A DNA stretch of 41,280 bases from Fimbriimonadales bacterium (GCA_046294565.1 JBKBKS010000003.1:1-41280), one strand, 5' to 3'; shown: positions 1 through 10,745, counted from the stretch's first letter. Notes: generated from the sequence alone by a model not told the origin. Numbers and translations are program-made.

Positions 1-363
1 ATTTGTATTAGTCATTGTATGATACTTTCCCTAATTAGGGGTTTGGACATACAGTTCCTCCATCGGTGCATAGCCAATTGTGTAGCACGATATATGCCTT
101 CGCCCGTCGTGCCTCCTAATCCAGACTTTCCGAGGTTGGTACCCGCACCCCCGCATACTCCCGGTTGTGTAGGACATTTTGAAGGTTCAAGAGGTCGCGT
201 CTGCGTGACCGATCCTGATTTTTGTATCAGAGTTGCCTCGTTAGAAAGACCTGTTAATAGACACCCAACGTGTGTTTACTGTTGTAGAAAGATTAAGTGG
301 GAGCCTCCAAGCTTGCAAGATAGATGCCTCGAAAAGTGTAACCGTAGATTTCCCAGATTTTGA
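1..363 (+). CDS. 3' end of a Cys-rich protein running in from outside the window (possible Rhs/polymorphic toxin tip)
   Basis: Frame 1 is open from base 1 (ICISHCMILSL...) to TGA at 361-363. Repeated CxxxC units: CISHC, CIANC, CVYCC, CLEKC. Low GC. Confidence 0.5.
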   Translation: MCISHCMILSLIRGLDIQFLHRCIANCVARYMPSPVVPPNPDFPRLVPAPPHTPGCVGHFEGSRGRVCVTDPDFCIRVASLERPVNRHPTCVYCCRKIKWEPPSLQDRCLEKCNRRFPRF

Positions 364-375
364 TGGAGGGTAGCC

Positions 376-1614
376 ATGTGGAAACGATCTTACGAGATAA
401 AGTCAGCAATCGTGCGAGAGTTTGAGGCACGAAAAGTGCCTCCCACGCATCCGTTCTGGCAGGATATGGCGAGTGTCTATATAGATTCAACAGTACTTCG
501 GCATCTTCGCCAAGTGATAGAGTTGTATCAGTCCAATCGTTCGGATCTGTGTGACATCTCGCGAGCCTACCTTTCGCTTGCCCGTGCTTTTTTGCATCGC
601 GAGATAGCATTCACGCCCCGCGAGCTAAAAGTGCATCGGGAACACCTAAAGCGCATGCCGCCGGATGATACGGCGCAAGCTGTTCTTGCCTCGTTCGGTG
701 ATCCGGTTGCCTTGCAAATTGCCTCCAAGAAAATAGAAAGCGGCAGCAAAGATGTATCCCCTTTAGAAGTGCTTGCCGTGTTTCGCTGGCTTCCTTCCGC
801 GATTCAGGAACATCTCCCCTCCATCCTTGATCGTGCGAAAAAAGATGATGAGTGGCTTTCCTATGTTATTTACTTAGTCAAGCTACAGCGCAGAGAAGTC
901 ACTCAACAGATCCGCAGTTTCTTATCATCTGAGCTTAGCCAGTTTGCTAATCTGTTGACATCCCGCGTTCACACGCTTGTAAGCGGGTTTTTATTGCTCG
1001 GTGAGCCAGCAAGAGAGTCAACAGAGTTTCATCGTATTCTTACTCAATTATCCGAGATAGCAAGTGACAATATTCGCAGAGCGACGCAATGGGATATTTC
1101 TGCAAGCAACAATTTGGCTATTATTGTGTATAGATGCTTATCTGAGAATCGGAAAGAAGTTGTTGAAAAGCTATTGCATAAATCAGATAAAGACCCTATT
1201 GTAGTATCGCGTGTAATGTTGCAGTCATATTTGTCCGACCGATTCAGCACAAACCAGTGGATGAATTGGATTGCGTGCGCAGACCCTATGCTTCAGTGGA
1301 TGTTTTTCAGCTTGAGCCCTATGGTAAGATGGTTTTCGGATAAAGCGGATACAAAGCGGTTTGACAACTGGCTAGGCTCCTGCTGCCGCGAGGTGCGAAA
1401 AGGAATTGAGAAAAGTCATGCGGCGAGGTGGCGTCATCCATTTTTGTTGGGAGAGATGGAGACGCATATAAGTGCACATCATGTGTTGCTGCAGTTCATG
1501 ATACTAACTTGTCGGAATACGGGGGTGCGTCGTTGGCTGCAGCGGGGGGTGCCTGCTTGGGATAGTGATGAGGGCGGAGTGTTCTTTTGGGAACTCATGT
1601 ATCTCTTGGGATAG
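376..1614 (+). CDS. Hypothetical helical protein, 412 aa, low GC (possible immunity/accessory protein)
   Basis: Long ORF with SD GGAGG just upstream, starting 12 nt after the previous stop. No recognisable motif. Confidence 0.75.
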   Translation: MWKRSYEIKSAIVREFEARKVPPTHPFWQDMASVYIDSTVLRHLRQVIELYQSNRSDLCDISRAYLSLARAFLHREIAFTPRELKVHREHLKRMPPDDTAQAVLASFGDPVALQIASKKIESGSKDVSPLEVLAVFRWLPSAIQEHLPSILDRAKKDDEWLSYVIYLVKLQRREVTQQIRSFLSSELSQFANLLTSRVHTLVSGFLLLGEPARESTEFHRILTQLSEIASDNIRRATQWDISASNNLAIIVYRCLSENRKEVVEKLLHKSDKDPIVVSRVMLQSYLSDRFSTNQWMNWIACADPMLQWMFFSLSPMVRWFSDKADTKRFDNWLGSCCREVRKGIEKSHAARWRHPFLLGEMETHISAHHVLLQFMILTCRNTGVRRWLQRGVPAWDSDEGGVFFWELMYLLG

Positions 1615-1829
1615 GCACGCTTATCATCCCAACAGGAGTATCGGTATCTGTGCTGAATAGGTTGCGGTGGTGTACCGATGCGGGTGTATAATCGGGCGAT
1701 AGGTGGCGCGAGTTGGGAGGATTATTTGCCTGCAGGCAGTGCGCTGGGGTATGATTTGAGCTGGCGGAATCTCTCAAGCGCTGCACCGCCAACCTCTCCA
1801 GAGCCTATTCGTTTATGGTAAACTTTAGC

Positions 1830-1856
1830 GGAACTCTCGTTTGGTGGAGCGCGTAA
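1830..1856 (+). promoter_or_regulatory. Putative ECF-sigma promoter upstream of lemA
   Basis: GGAAC-N17-CGTAA. A TGGTAAACT extended -10-like motif also lies at 1816-1824. Confidence 0.35.
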
Positions 1857-1881
1857 GGGAAACGGGAGGCGGAGGCAACGG

Positions 1882-2457
1882 ATGGAACTGCTTACAGGAT
1901 TGATTTGCTTTGGCGCGCTGATGCTGGGCGCGGCGATTCTTTACGCTGTGCTGTATAACTCGCTCATCGGCAAGAAGAACCAAGTGGAGTACGCCTTCAG
2001 CGGCGTCGATGTGCAACTCAAAAAACGACACGACCTCATCCCGAACCTTGTGGCGTCGGTGAAGCAATATATGGAACATGAGCGGGGACTGCTGGAGCGC
2101 ATCACGGAGCTGCGCAGCCGTGCCATGAACCCGAATCTGCCCGAAGGCGAGCGCATGCAGCTTGAAGCTGCGCTTTCAGGCGCGCTGCGCAACCTGATGG
2201 TCGCTGTCGAGAACTACCCACAACTGCGCGCGAACGAGAACTTCATGCACCTGCAAGCCTCGCTGAACGAGGTGGAAGAGCAGATAGCCGCCGCGCGACG
2301 CACCTATAACGCCGCCGTGACCGACTACAATAACGCTCTTGAGATGTTCCCGACCAACTTCATCGCCTCGACGATGGGGCTGAAGCGGCGCGCGGTGTTC
2401 GAAGCCGAAGAGACGGAACGCGCCACGCCGAGTGTCGCGCAACTGTTCAAGCAATGA
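1882..2457 (+). CDS. lemA: LemA family protein
   Basis: N-terminal TM segment; motifs YNSL, DVQLKKRHDLIPNLV, VENYPQLRANENF, RRTYNAAVTDYN, FPTNFIA. Confidence 0.95.
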   Translation: MELLTGLICFGALMLGAAILYAVLYNSLIGKKNQVEYAFSGVDVQLKKRHDLIPNLVASVKQYMEHERGLLERITELRSRAMNPNLPEGERMQLEAALSGALRNLMVAVENYPQLRANENFMHLQASLNEVEEQIAAARRTYNAAVTDYNNALEMFPTNFIASTMGLKRRAVFEAEETERATPSVAQLFKQ

Positions 2458-3443
2458 CGAACACGCCCACCGAAGCCCTGCGCCAACTGGAGCCAATCCT
2501 GCGCGCACTGGAACAGGAACGCACGCAGTATGTGAGCCACTTCGCGCAGATTACCCTCTGGAGCGTCGTTATCGGTGGGGTGTTGAGCCTCCTGTTGGCG
2601 GCGTATGGCGCAGGCGTGTGGGCGCTCGCCCCGCTCGTCGTCGCGTTGATTGTAATCGCCGCCGCCTACGCCAGCAAAGCCGACGCATGGCGCAAAGCCT
2701 TCAAAACGCAGGTGATGACCCAACTCGTCCAGCTTGTCAACCCCAACTTGCGCTATCACCCCGAACGACACATCAGCCGTAAAGAGTACGACCTCAGCAT
2801 GCTCTACCACAACTCGCCTGCGCCCGACCGCTACTACGGCGAGGATCTGATTGAGGGCGTGATCGACAAGACCGACATCCGCCTCTCGGAGCTACACACC
2901 GAATACAAGCAGGTCACCTACGATAGCAAGGGGCGTCGCTATGAGCAGTGGATAACCATCTTTCGGGGGCTGTTCATCAGCGCGGATTTTCACAAAGACT
3001 TCCAAGGCGTCACCCTCGTGCTGCCCGACACAGAGCAGTCGTGGCTGGGCGGGTTCGGACAGTGGCTGCAGAGCCTCAGCGCGAAACTGGGCAACCAGCC
3101 CGGCGAACTGATAAAGATGGAAGATCCCGAGTTCGAAAGGCTCTTCAAGGTGTTCGCCACCGACCCGATTGAGGCGCGCTACATCCTCACGCCCAACCTA
3201 ATCCGACGGATTGTGGAGTTCCGCGCCAAAACTAAGTCCGCCATTCGCCTCTCGTTTATCGCCTCGCGTGTGTTCGTGGCGATTCCGACCTCTCATAACC
3301 ACTTTGAGCCGCCCTCGCTCTTCGCCCCTGCCAACAAACTGCTGGCGCCAGAGACCCTCGCTCAATACTTTGAAGAGTTGCGCTTCGCGTTGGCTGTGGT
3401 GGACGAGCTGAATCTGAACACGCGCATCTGGACTAAGCGTTGA
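2454..3443 (+). CDS. DUF3137-like membrane protein (LemA partner)
   Basis: Two N-terminal TMs; GEDLIEG, TIFRGLF, MEDPEFERLFKVFATDPIEARYILTP, VDELNLN. ATGA overlap with lemA. Confidence 0.85.
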   Translation: MTNTPTEALRQLEPILRALEQERTQYVSHFAQITLWSVVIGGVLSLLLAAYGAGVWALAPLVVALIVIAAAYASKADAWRKAFKTQVMTQLVQLVNPNLRYHPERHISRKEYDLSMLYHNSPAPDRYYGEDLIEGVIDKTDIRLSELHTEYKQVTYDSKGRRYEQWITIFRGLFISADFHKDFQGVTLVLPDTEQSWLGGFGQWLQSLSAKLGNQPGELIKMEDPEFERLFKVFATDPIEARYILTPNLIRRIVEFRAKTKSAIRLSFIASRVFVAIPTSHNHFEPPSLFAPANKLLAPETLAQYFEELRFALAVVDELNLNTRIWTKR

Positions 3444-3482
3444 GAAGCGGTCAGGTTTTTCGGTAGGCTCTCTCGCGCGGGA

Positions 3483-3515
3483 TAGCAGGAGTTTGCTGGC
3501 AACTGGCGAATCTAC
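3483..3515 (+). promoter_or_regulatory. Sigma-H-like promoter
   Basis: TAGCAGGA-N17-GAATCTAC, matching the AGGA...GAAT pattern of Bacillus sigma-H. Both boxes recur at the same spacing at 10746-10778. Confidence 0.6.
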
Positions 3516-3538
3516 ATATTCTGTCGGAGGAACCGTCT

Positions 3539-6046
3539 ATGAAAGCCGTTGTGATGGCAGGCGGCGAAGGCTCGCGTTTGCGCCCAATCACGGCGAACCG
3601 CCCGAAACCGCTCGCGCCCGTTGTGAATCGTCCGATTATGGAGCACATCCTGCTGCTGCTCAAAGCGCAGGGCATCACGGAGGTGGTCGCCACGGTCTAC
3701 TATCTCGCCGACGCTATCGAGGGCTACTTCGGCGACGGCGCCGACTGGGGGATGGCAATCCACTACTCGCTGGAGGATACGCCGTTGGGCACTGCCGGCA
3801 GCGTGAAGCAAGCCGAAGAGCATCTGCGCGACGGAACCTTCGTGCTAATCAGCGGCGACGCGCTCACCGATATCGACCTCAAGCCCGCGTTGGAGTTCCA
3901 CAAGCGCAACGGCGCGACAGCGACCCTTGTGTTGGCGCGTGTGCCCAACCCGCTGGAGTTCGGAGTCGTCATCACTCGTGAAGACGGGCGCATCACGCGA
4001 TTTCTGGAGAAACCCTCCTGGAGCGAGGTGTTCTCCGATACCGTCAACACTGGCATCTATATCTTGGAGCCTGAAATTTTCGAGTATATGGAGGCTGGCA
4101 AGCAGTACGATTTCAGTCAAGACCTGTTTCCGCTGCTGTTGCGCGAGGGCAAGCCGCTGTACGGCTATGTGATGAGCGAGTATTGGAGCGACATCGGCTC
4201 GCTGCAGCAGTATCGCGACGCGCACCACGATTTGCTCAACCGCAAGGTACATCTGAGCATGCCCGGCGAGGAGAAGATACCAGGCGTGTGGATTGGCGCG
4301 GGCGCGACAATTGACCCCGAAGCGCAGATTGTGCCGCCCGTGTGTATCGGGCGCAACTGCCGTATCAAGTCGGGCGCAGTGATTGGACCCTACACGACGC
4401 TGGGCGACAACTGCATCGTGGAGCCGAACGCGATGGTGGTGCGCTCGATTCTGTGGGATAGTGTGTATATCGGCGCGGGCACTCAGCTGCAGGGCGCGAT
4501 TGTCGGCACGGGCGTCACCATCAAGGATAATGTGCAGGTGCAGGAAGACGCCGTGATTGCCGACCGTTGCCACATCGAGAGCGACAGCATCATCCGCACG
4601 CGCGTCAAGTTGTGGCCCGACAAGTATATCGAGAGCGGCTCGACGGTCACGATGAGCCTGATCTGGGGCGCGAAGTGGCGCGGCTCGCTGTTCCGCGATT
4701 TGGGCGTGGCGGGGCTGTCGAACATCGAGATGACGCCCGATTTGGCGACCAAGCTCGGCGCGGCGTACGCCTCCACCCTGCCGCGCGGCTCGACAATCGT
4801 GCTGGCGCGCGACACCTTCAAAGCCTCGCGCATGATCAAACACGCCTTCATGGCGGGCGTGCTGTCGACGGGGGTGGATGTGGCGGACCTACGGGCGATG
4901 CCGATGCCCATCACGCGCCACTACATTCGCGCCTCGGGCGCGGCGGGCGGCGTGAGCGTGCGCGTCGCGCCCAATAATGTGCGCATGACGCTCATCGAGT
5001 TCTTCGACAGGCGTGGGGTCTACCTGCCCAAGTCGGGCGAACGCAAGATCGAGAACCTATTCTTCCGCGAGGACTTCGCGCGATGCGACGCGGACGCGGT
5101 GGGCGAGATTCACTTCGCCTCGCGTGCAATCGAGCAGTACCAAGCAGACTTCCAGCGGCTCGTGCAGCTGCCCGAGAACCCGCGCGCGCTGCGCTTGGTG
5201 GCGGACTTCGCGTTCAGCCGCGTGGCGGCAATCTTCCCCACGATGTTGGGACAGATGGGCTACGATGTGGTGTCGCTGAACGCCTATCCCGACCCGCGCC
5301 GCTCGCCCCGCACACCCGCCGAACACGACGCCTTCGCCGAGAACCTGAAACAGGTAGTGCAGAGCCTCAACGCCGACTGTGGCGTGATGTTCGAAAACGA
5401 GGGCGAACGACTGACGGTGGTGGACGAGCAGGGGCGTGTGATTAGTGGCAGTGCGCTGCTGGCGACCTTCGCGCGATTGATGGCGGAAGCGTGCCCCAAC
5501 CAGCTGATTGCCGTGCCCGTGAACGCGCCGTCCGTGATTGAAGAAATCGTCGCGCCCTACGGCGTGCAGGTCGTCCGCACCCGCGCCGATGTGCGCTCGC
5601 TGATGAACACCGCCGCCGAGAACGCCGAGAACATCTGCTTCGCAGGCGATACACACGGCGGATTCATCTTCCCTCAGTTCCACCCCGGCTACGACGCGAT
5701 GTTCGCCTATGTGCGCCTGCTGGAAGCCACACAGAAACTCGACTGCTGCCTCTCGGAAATCTACGACCAAGTGCCGCCGTTTTACACGCTCTATCAATCA
5801 GTGCCTTGCCCGTGGGAACTCAAAGGGCGTGTGATGCGCCTGATGACCCACCAAGCTAACGGACGCATCGAAACCATTGACGGGCTGAAAGTCTACACCG
5901 ACCACTCGTGGGCGTTAATCCTGCCAGACGCCTCCGAACCTGTCATCCACCTCTTCGTGGAAGCGCGAGACCCCCAAGACGCCGAACGCCTCTTGCACCA
6001 GTTCACAGCGCAAATCGAGGCGATTACTCAAGCGACTGTTTCCTGA
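3539..6046 (+). CDS. Mannose-1-phosphate guanylyltransferase / phosphomannomutase-like fusion
   Basis: [20 protein letters not shown]-transferase start, FLEKP, YWSDIG, hexapeptide left-handed beta-helix, then PGM/PMM-like domains. Confidence 0.92.
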   Translation: MKAVVMAGGEGSRLRPITANRPKPLAPVVNRPIMEHILLLLKAQGITEVVATVYYLADAIEGYFGDGADWGMAIHYSLEDTPLGTAGSVKQAEEHLRDGTFVLISGDALTDIDLKPALEFHKRNGATATLVLARVPNPLEFGVVITREDGRITRFLEKPSWSEVFSDTVNTGIYILEPEIFEYMEAGKQYDFSQDLFPLLLREGKPLYGYVMSEYWSDIGSLQQYRDAHHDLLNRKVHLSMPGEEKIPGVWIGAGATIDPEAQIVPPVCIGRNCRIKSGAVIGPYTTLGDNCIVEPNAMVVRSILWDSVYIGAGTQLQGAIVGTGVTIKDNVQVQEDAVIADRCHIESDSIIRTRVKLWPDKYIESGSTVTMSLIWGAKWRGSLFRDLGVAGLSNIEMTPDLATKLGAAYASTLPRGSTIVLARDTFKASRMIKHAFMAGVLSTGVDVADLRAMPMPITRHYIRASGAAGGVSVRVAPNNVRMTLIEFFDRRGVYLPKSGERKIENLFFREDFARCDADAVGEIHFASRAIEQYQADFQRLVQLPENPRALRLVADFAFSRVAAIFPTMLGQMGYDVVSLNAYPDPRRSPRTPAEHDAFAENLKQVVQSLNADCGVMFENEGERLTVVDEQGRVISGSALLATFARLMAEACPNQLIAVPVNAPSVIEEIVAPYGVQVVRTRADVRSLMNTAAENAENICFAGDTHGGFIFPQFHPGYDAMFAYVRLLEATQKLDCCLSEIYDQVPPFYTLYQSVPCPWELKGRVMRLMTHQANGRIETIDGLKVYTDHSWALILPDASEPVIHLFVEARDPQDAERLLHQFTAQIEAITQATVS

Positions 6047-6110
6047 AATTCGCAGTGGGTTAACCTAACCTTAACTCGCCATCCGTAAAATATATATTAT
6101 GGAGGCTCCC

Positions 6111-6938
6111 ATGCAAAGAAGAGGCTTTACGCTGATCGAGTTGCTGGTGGTCATCGCGATTATCGCGATATTGGCGGCGATTTTGTTCCCTGTGTTCGCC
6201 CAGGCGCGTGCGAAAGCGCGACAGACTTCGTGCCTTTCGAACATGCGTCAGCTGGGCACAGCCATGCGGATGTACGCTCAAGACTACGACGGCTACCATG
6301 TCTACATGTGGTGGGAGTGGCACATCCCGCTGAACCCGTACATTAAGAACTGGGACATCTTTGTGTGTCCGCAGTCGTCCGCGCCGAAGCCGCGTTTGGT
6401 GGAGTACACGGCGGCGGATGGCTGCCGCGCGAACGACGACGCGCCCGGCTCCCTGCTGGTAGGAACCTTCCCCACGAACGCGCCTGCAGGCGTCACTGCG
6501 CGCGGCTGTTCCAAACCCGCGCCTCGTATCTTCGGGCACTATACTAAGAACGAGGAGTTCATCGCCAACTACGGCTACTACCGCACCACCTACAGCGGCG
6601 CGGAGCATAACGAGGCGGCGTGGGACACAACCGCGGATGTCATCCTCGTTACGGAAGCGCGTTCGCAAAGCGAGGGTGTGCCCGAGCGTCTGCGCAGTGT
6701 GTTCGGCACATCGACGCTGCCGTTTGACCTCTACCCCTACATCGAGCCGGGCGGCACGAACTGGAACGAAGTGTTCCTGATGATTGCCGAGCGGCACAGC
6801 GGCGGCACGAACGCTATCTTCGGCGACGGGCACGCGAAGTGGGTGCGCTACGACTGGTTCTACTCCCCGCAAGGGCGCTTCGCCATCTCACCTGCAATTA
6901 CCCGACTGAACCTGCCCGACAACCAGAACTGGCCCTAA
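6111..6938 (+). CDS. Prepilin-type N-terminal cleavage protein, DUF1559 / H-X9-DG family
   Basis: [71 protein letters not shown] precedes ATG 6111. Confidence 0.93.
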   Translation: MQRRGFTLIELLVVIAIIAILAAILFPVFAQARAKARQTSCLSNMRQLGTAMRMYAQDYDGYHVYMWWEWHIPLNPYIKNWDIFVCPQSSAPKPRLVEYTAADGCRANDDAPGSLLVGTFPTNAPAGVTARGCSKPAPRIFGHYTKNEEFIANYGYYRTTYSGAEHNEAAWDTTADVILVTEARSQSEGVPERLRSVFGTSTLPFDLYPYIEPGGTNWNEVFLMIAERHSGGTNAIFGDGHAKWVRYDWFYSPQGRFAISPAITRLNLPDNQNWP

Positions 6939-6948
6939 GGAGGCAAGC

Positions 6949-7131
6949 ATGCAACGCTGGCTACTGATGAGTTTCGCGGCGCTGATTGTGGCGTTGAACC
7001 TTGCGGCGTGCGGCAATCAGGGCGGCGAAGGCGAGGCGGCTGCGCCCCCCACCACGAACCCCATGGGGCAGCAACCTACGCCCGACACGCCCGGCGCCGC
7101 CGCCGAAGAACGCAAAGCAGGCGGCTACTGA
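6949..7131 (+). CDS. Small lipoprotein co-transcribed with the prepilin-like gene
   Basis: SD AAGGAGG, hydrophobic signal with lipobox LAAC, low-complexity tail. Confidence 0.8.
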   Translation: MQRWLLMSFAALIVALNLAACGNQGGEGEAAAPPTTNPMGQQPTPDTPGAAAEERKAGGY

Positions 7132-7150
7132 CACCGCTAAACCCTACCTT

Positions 7151-7181
7151 GCGGTTCCCCCAACTGTATAGGGGGAACCGC
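7151..7181. terminator. Perfect 11-bp hairpin between convergent genes (REP-like / bidirectional terminator)
   Basis: gcggttccccc-N9-gggggaaccgc. A related copy lies at 36247-36277. Confidence 0.7.
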
Positions 7182-7219
7182 TGAGGGTGTATATCTGACA
7201 TTTGTATCCCACGAGCGTT

Positions 7220-10200
7220 TCAAATCGCGCCTGCGCCTGACCGTACCTCCAGCTTCGGCGGGCGTACCAGCGGCTTGGGCGAACGCAGCAATATCTCGAA
7301 GCGCAGCACGCCCAACGGCGGCAGGTCGCCCTCCGTCAGAATCTGATACGCCACGCCCGACTGGAACACGCTCTCGCCCGTGCGGTTCAGCCACTCCACG
7401 CCATCCGATAGCGCGGCGACCAGCGCGATGGGTCCCTCAATCACCTGCCCACTCGTGTTCACCAGTCGCCCACGCAAGCGATAGGCGCCGGCGCGCGGGT
7501 CATAGCGCATCGGCTCCAGCGTCAAGCGGTAGCCTGTCGTGAGGGGGGGCATCGGCTGCACACTGTAGGTCGCGACCGATTGCAGGCTCACGCTTGCCGT
7601 GCCCGGATTGTTCACGATGTTCGGCTGGGGAGGGAGAAACTGGTTCGTGAGGAAGCTGTTGTGGGGCGGGCGCGCGCCGAGCGCGCCCCGACGCGAGTCG
7701 TAGGCAGACAGAATCGCGCCCGTCTCGCCAGTCGTCAGCAGCGACGCGAACAGCGCTATCGGACGGTTCGCCTTGCGCCCCTCAAACAGCGCGCTTAGCG
7801 GAACGGCTATCTCCAACCCCGTCGGCGGGTCGGAGGGGCTACTGCGCGGACGCCAAGTAATACGCGCAGGCGCGCCCTGCAGCCAGTTCAAGCGATTCGC
7901 GTCGATTCGATAAACGCCTGCCTCCGCGCCGACCCCAGGGGGTACAACGGCGTCGCCCACCAAGCTCGCTTCAGGCGCGGAGTGTAACTTCCCATGCCGA
8001 AATACGCCTATCGCAAACTCCGCGCCGAACCCAGCAGGTGGGGTAATCTTGCGGTTCGAAATCAGGCGGGCGGCGGGGGCGCTGTCATCGCCAAGCTGAT
8101 TGAGCTGGCTCAGCCCTGTGCCCAGTCCGTAGTCCACATCCAGATAAATGGCGACGCCGTAGGTGAGGTTCTCGGCGGTATCGACGCGTCCCGCGATGCC
8201 GATATAGAGATTTTTATGGTCGTTGCGCACATAGAGCGCGTCCAATCGGTTCAAGTTGGAGCTGGGCGTGCGGGTTTGGGTAGCAATCGGCGCGCCCAGG
8301 TCGCTCAAGTCGCCGTCTACCGCGATGCGCCCTTCCGCGCGGCGCAGGTAGAAGAAGGCGTAGAAGTCGGTGAACAGAGCGGGGCGGCTGCCCGTGTTGG
8401 CAAATACGCGCACTTGCAGTAGGTGCAGCCCCTGTGGAAGTTGGCTGATATCGATGTTGTTCAGGGCGAATACGCCGTTCGCAAGGCGCGTCATCGGCAC
8501 GAAGCCGTCGGCAAGCCCTTCCGGCGTGTCCTGCAGGGGTTGAAGACCGCCGAGCGGCATGCCGTTGTTCAGTTTCACGACGGCGTGCACGCCTGTAGTA
8601 TCCGTACGCACGCGAATTGTGATGCGTTCGCTCGTTACGGTCGCCGCCTCGTAGCTGCGCCCCGACGCATAGGCTCCGCCGGGCGTGTTCACGACTTCGA
8701 AGGTATACTCCGCGCCGGTGCGAGCGTCGAACAGGCGCACAGGTCGCTCGCCTGCGAGGGGTTGCGGCGTGCGCGGCGCGTACAGCACATAACCGTAGGC
8801 GTTATTATCGTTGCCCGGCGCGGAGTTCGGAGGCACGCTAATCGTGACGCGCCCGTCGGCGCCGACCGTGACTGGCGGACGCTGCCCCGAATAGTCTATC
8901 AGCACCGTGCCAGGCGCGAAGGCGGTCTGCACCGTCGCCGTCAGTGGGGTCAAATCCCCCCGATCGTTCAGCCCCACCAGCAGCAGGCTGTGCCCGTTCA
9001 CCTGACGCTCGTAGATGTATAAATCACCGCTTACCCAGCGGTTCACCAGTGCGCCGCGGGCGAAGCGTTTGCGCACATCGAGCAGGCGCAGCAGGGTGTC
9101 GTCGCCGTTGCCTAGCGCGTTGTAGCGACCAGGGCGCGGGAAGTGGCTCCAATCGTCGGGCGCGATGTTGTTGCCGTCGTAGTAAATCTTGGGGCGTCCG
9201 GGTCGGGTCAATAGCCATGCGTGTGCGAGGTTGTTGGAGCGCGGGGGACCGTCGTCGTGGCTCTGCACGAAGCCAACGCCCAGCGCGCGCGCCAGCCCGC
9301 CCAGTTCGTAGGGCAGCCCCGTGCTGGGGTCTGCGCCGACGCCGTTGCTCAGCGTCGCGCCGATGTCGCCTAACCCGTTCGCGTTGAACAAGTTCTTAAG
9401 GCTGAAGAACATCGGGAAGTCCAGCAAATTCATGCCTGTCTTGGCGTACTCGCGCAGCTCGTAAGCGTTGGTGGAGTAAATCTCGCCGAACAGATAGAGC
9501 GACGGCTTGAGGCTGTAGAGGTAGGGCAGCAGGTCGCCGTTGCTGGCTCCGCCGCCCGGCTGCTGGGGGGTGCGGGCGAAGAAGCGCGGCGGCGTGTGGC
9601 GCACGGCGTCGATCCGATAGCCGTCGAAGCCGATTACACTCGTCAAAAACCAGCCCCAACGCTTGAGGTAGTCGCGAATGTCCTCCGCGTGGGGTTGCCC
9701 CGTCGGATAGTAGTGCAGGTTCAGGGGATGGCGTATGAAGCTTGGCTTGCCTGCCGCGTTGAACTGCGCATAGCTGGGCAGGTTGAACGCCCCCGTGCGC
9801 GAGTGGTTGCCGTCCTCGTGCGCGTAGTCGGCTAACCCCACCACATCATAGTTCAGCGTGCCGAAGCCGAACGGCGGCGCGTTGTTGAAATCCACCTCGT
9901 TATTGGTCGGGTCGGCAGTGGAGCGGATGTGAAAATCTTCGGGGATGACGCCCGGATAGCGATCTATGGCTGTGCTGGCGCGGTTGTCGGCGTGGTTGAT
10001 CACCAAGTCGCAATAGACCTCCAGCCCCAGCCGATGCGCGAGACGAATCAGCTCGATGAGTTCGTGAGTCGTGCCGTACCGCGTGCGCACCGTGCCTTTC
10101 TGATAGCGGTCGCCCAAGTCAAACAGGTCGAAGGGGTTGTAGCCAGTGCTAAAGCCGCCGCCGCCCGACTTGACTGGCGAAGGCAAGTAGATTGCCCCAT

Positions 10201-10705
10201 AGCCTGCCTGCACGACCTCTGGCAGACGCGCCATGATGGTGCGATAGTCGGTCTGGAACCACTGCAAGATCGGCGTCTCGCGGGGGCGCGGCGCATAGCG
10301 CACCCACACGCTGTAGTTCGAGCCGCCGTTGTTGTCATACACGACCGCGCCGCTGGCATGCCGCGCCCGAATATAGAACTGCAGGTGCGTGCCTGCTGGC
10401 AACGGCGGCAGCACGATATACCACTGTGTATTACCGCCAGTATTGAAGTCAAATGAGAAATCGTATTCTCGCGTGGTCAACCAATTGTCGGTGGTGGCGA
10501 TGAGCTGCACGGACTGCCCTGTCGCGATGGGGTTAGTTTGCGTGGTGACCGTGAGTACCTGCCAGGGGTCTATCATTCCCAGTCGGCTGGGGAGCTGGTG
10601 CGAGCCTGTGACGAACAGGCGCGTGTTCCCAACCCAGTTCAGTTGCGCCTGCGCCCACGCAAGCAGCGAAAGCCAAATGACCAGCGTCAGTGCCGAGCGT
10701 CGCAT
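7220..10705 (-). CDS. Secreted multidomain GH13 alpha-amylase-family glycosidase
   Basis: Signal peptide (MRRSAL..AQA), CBM-like YDNNGGSNY, GH13 regions DLVINH, GFDGYRIDAVRH, LFGEIY, FVQSHDD, and a C-terminal DOMON/CBM9-like IAVDGDLSD. Start reassigned to ATG 10705. Confidence 0.88.
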   Translation of the reverse strand: MRRSALTLVIWLSLLAWAQAQLNWVGNTRLFVTGSHQLPSRLGMIDPWQVLTVTTQTNPIATGQSVQLIATTDNWLTTREYDFSFDFNTGGNTQWYIVLPPLPAGTHLQFYIRARHASGAVVYDNNGGSNYSVWVRYAPRPRETPILQWFQTDYRTIMARLPEVVQAGYGAIYLPSPVKSGGGGFSTGYNPFDLFDLGDRYQKGTVRTRYGTTHELIELIRLAHRLGLEVYCDLVINHADNRASTAIDRYPGVIPEDFHIRSTADPTNNEVDFNNAPPFGFGTLNYDVVGLADYAHEDGNHSRTGAFNLPSYAQFNAAGKPSFIRHPLNLHYYPTGQPHAEDIRDYLKRWGWFLTSVIGFDGYRIDAVRHTPPRFFARTPQQPGGGASNGDLLPYLYSLKPSLYLFGEIYSTNAYELREYAKTGMNLLDFPMFFSLKNLFNANGLGDIGATLSNGVGADPSTGLPYELGGLARALGVGFVQSHDDGPPRSNNLAHAWLLTRPGRPKIYYDGNNIAPDDWSHFPRPGRYNALGNGDDTLLRLLDVRKRFARGALVNRWVSGDLYIYERQVNGHSLLLVGLNDRGDLTPLTATVQTAFAPGTVLIDYSGQRPPVTVGADGRVTISVPPNSAPGNDNNAYGYVLYAPRTPQPLAGERPVRLFDARTGAEYTFEVVNTPGGAYASGRSYEAATVTSERITIRVRTDTTGVHAVVKLNNGMPLGGLQPLQDTPEGLADGFVPMTRLANGVFALNNIDISQLPQGLHLLQVRVFANTGSRPALFTDFYAFFYLRRAEGRIAVDGDLSDLGAPIATQTRTPSSNLNRLDALYVRNDHKNLYIGIAGRVDTAENLTYGVAIYLDVDYGLGTGLSQLNQLGDDSAPAARLISNRKITPPAGFGAEFAIGVFRHGKLHSAPEASLVGDAVVPPGVGAEAGVYRIDANRLNWLQGAPARITWRPRSSPSDPPTGLEIAVPLSALFEGRKANRPIALFASLLTTGETGAILSAYDSRRGALGARPPHNSFLTNQFLPPQPNIVNNPGTASVSLQSVATYSVQPMPPLTTGYRLTLEPMRYDPRAGAYRLRGRLVNTSGQVIEGPIALVAALSDGVEWLNRTGESVFQSGVAYQILTEGDLPPLGVLRFEILLRSPKPLVRPPKLEVRSGAGAI

Positions 10706-10745
10706 AGCTATATTATAGCCCAGATGGACAGCTCCATCGGTGTAG

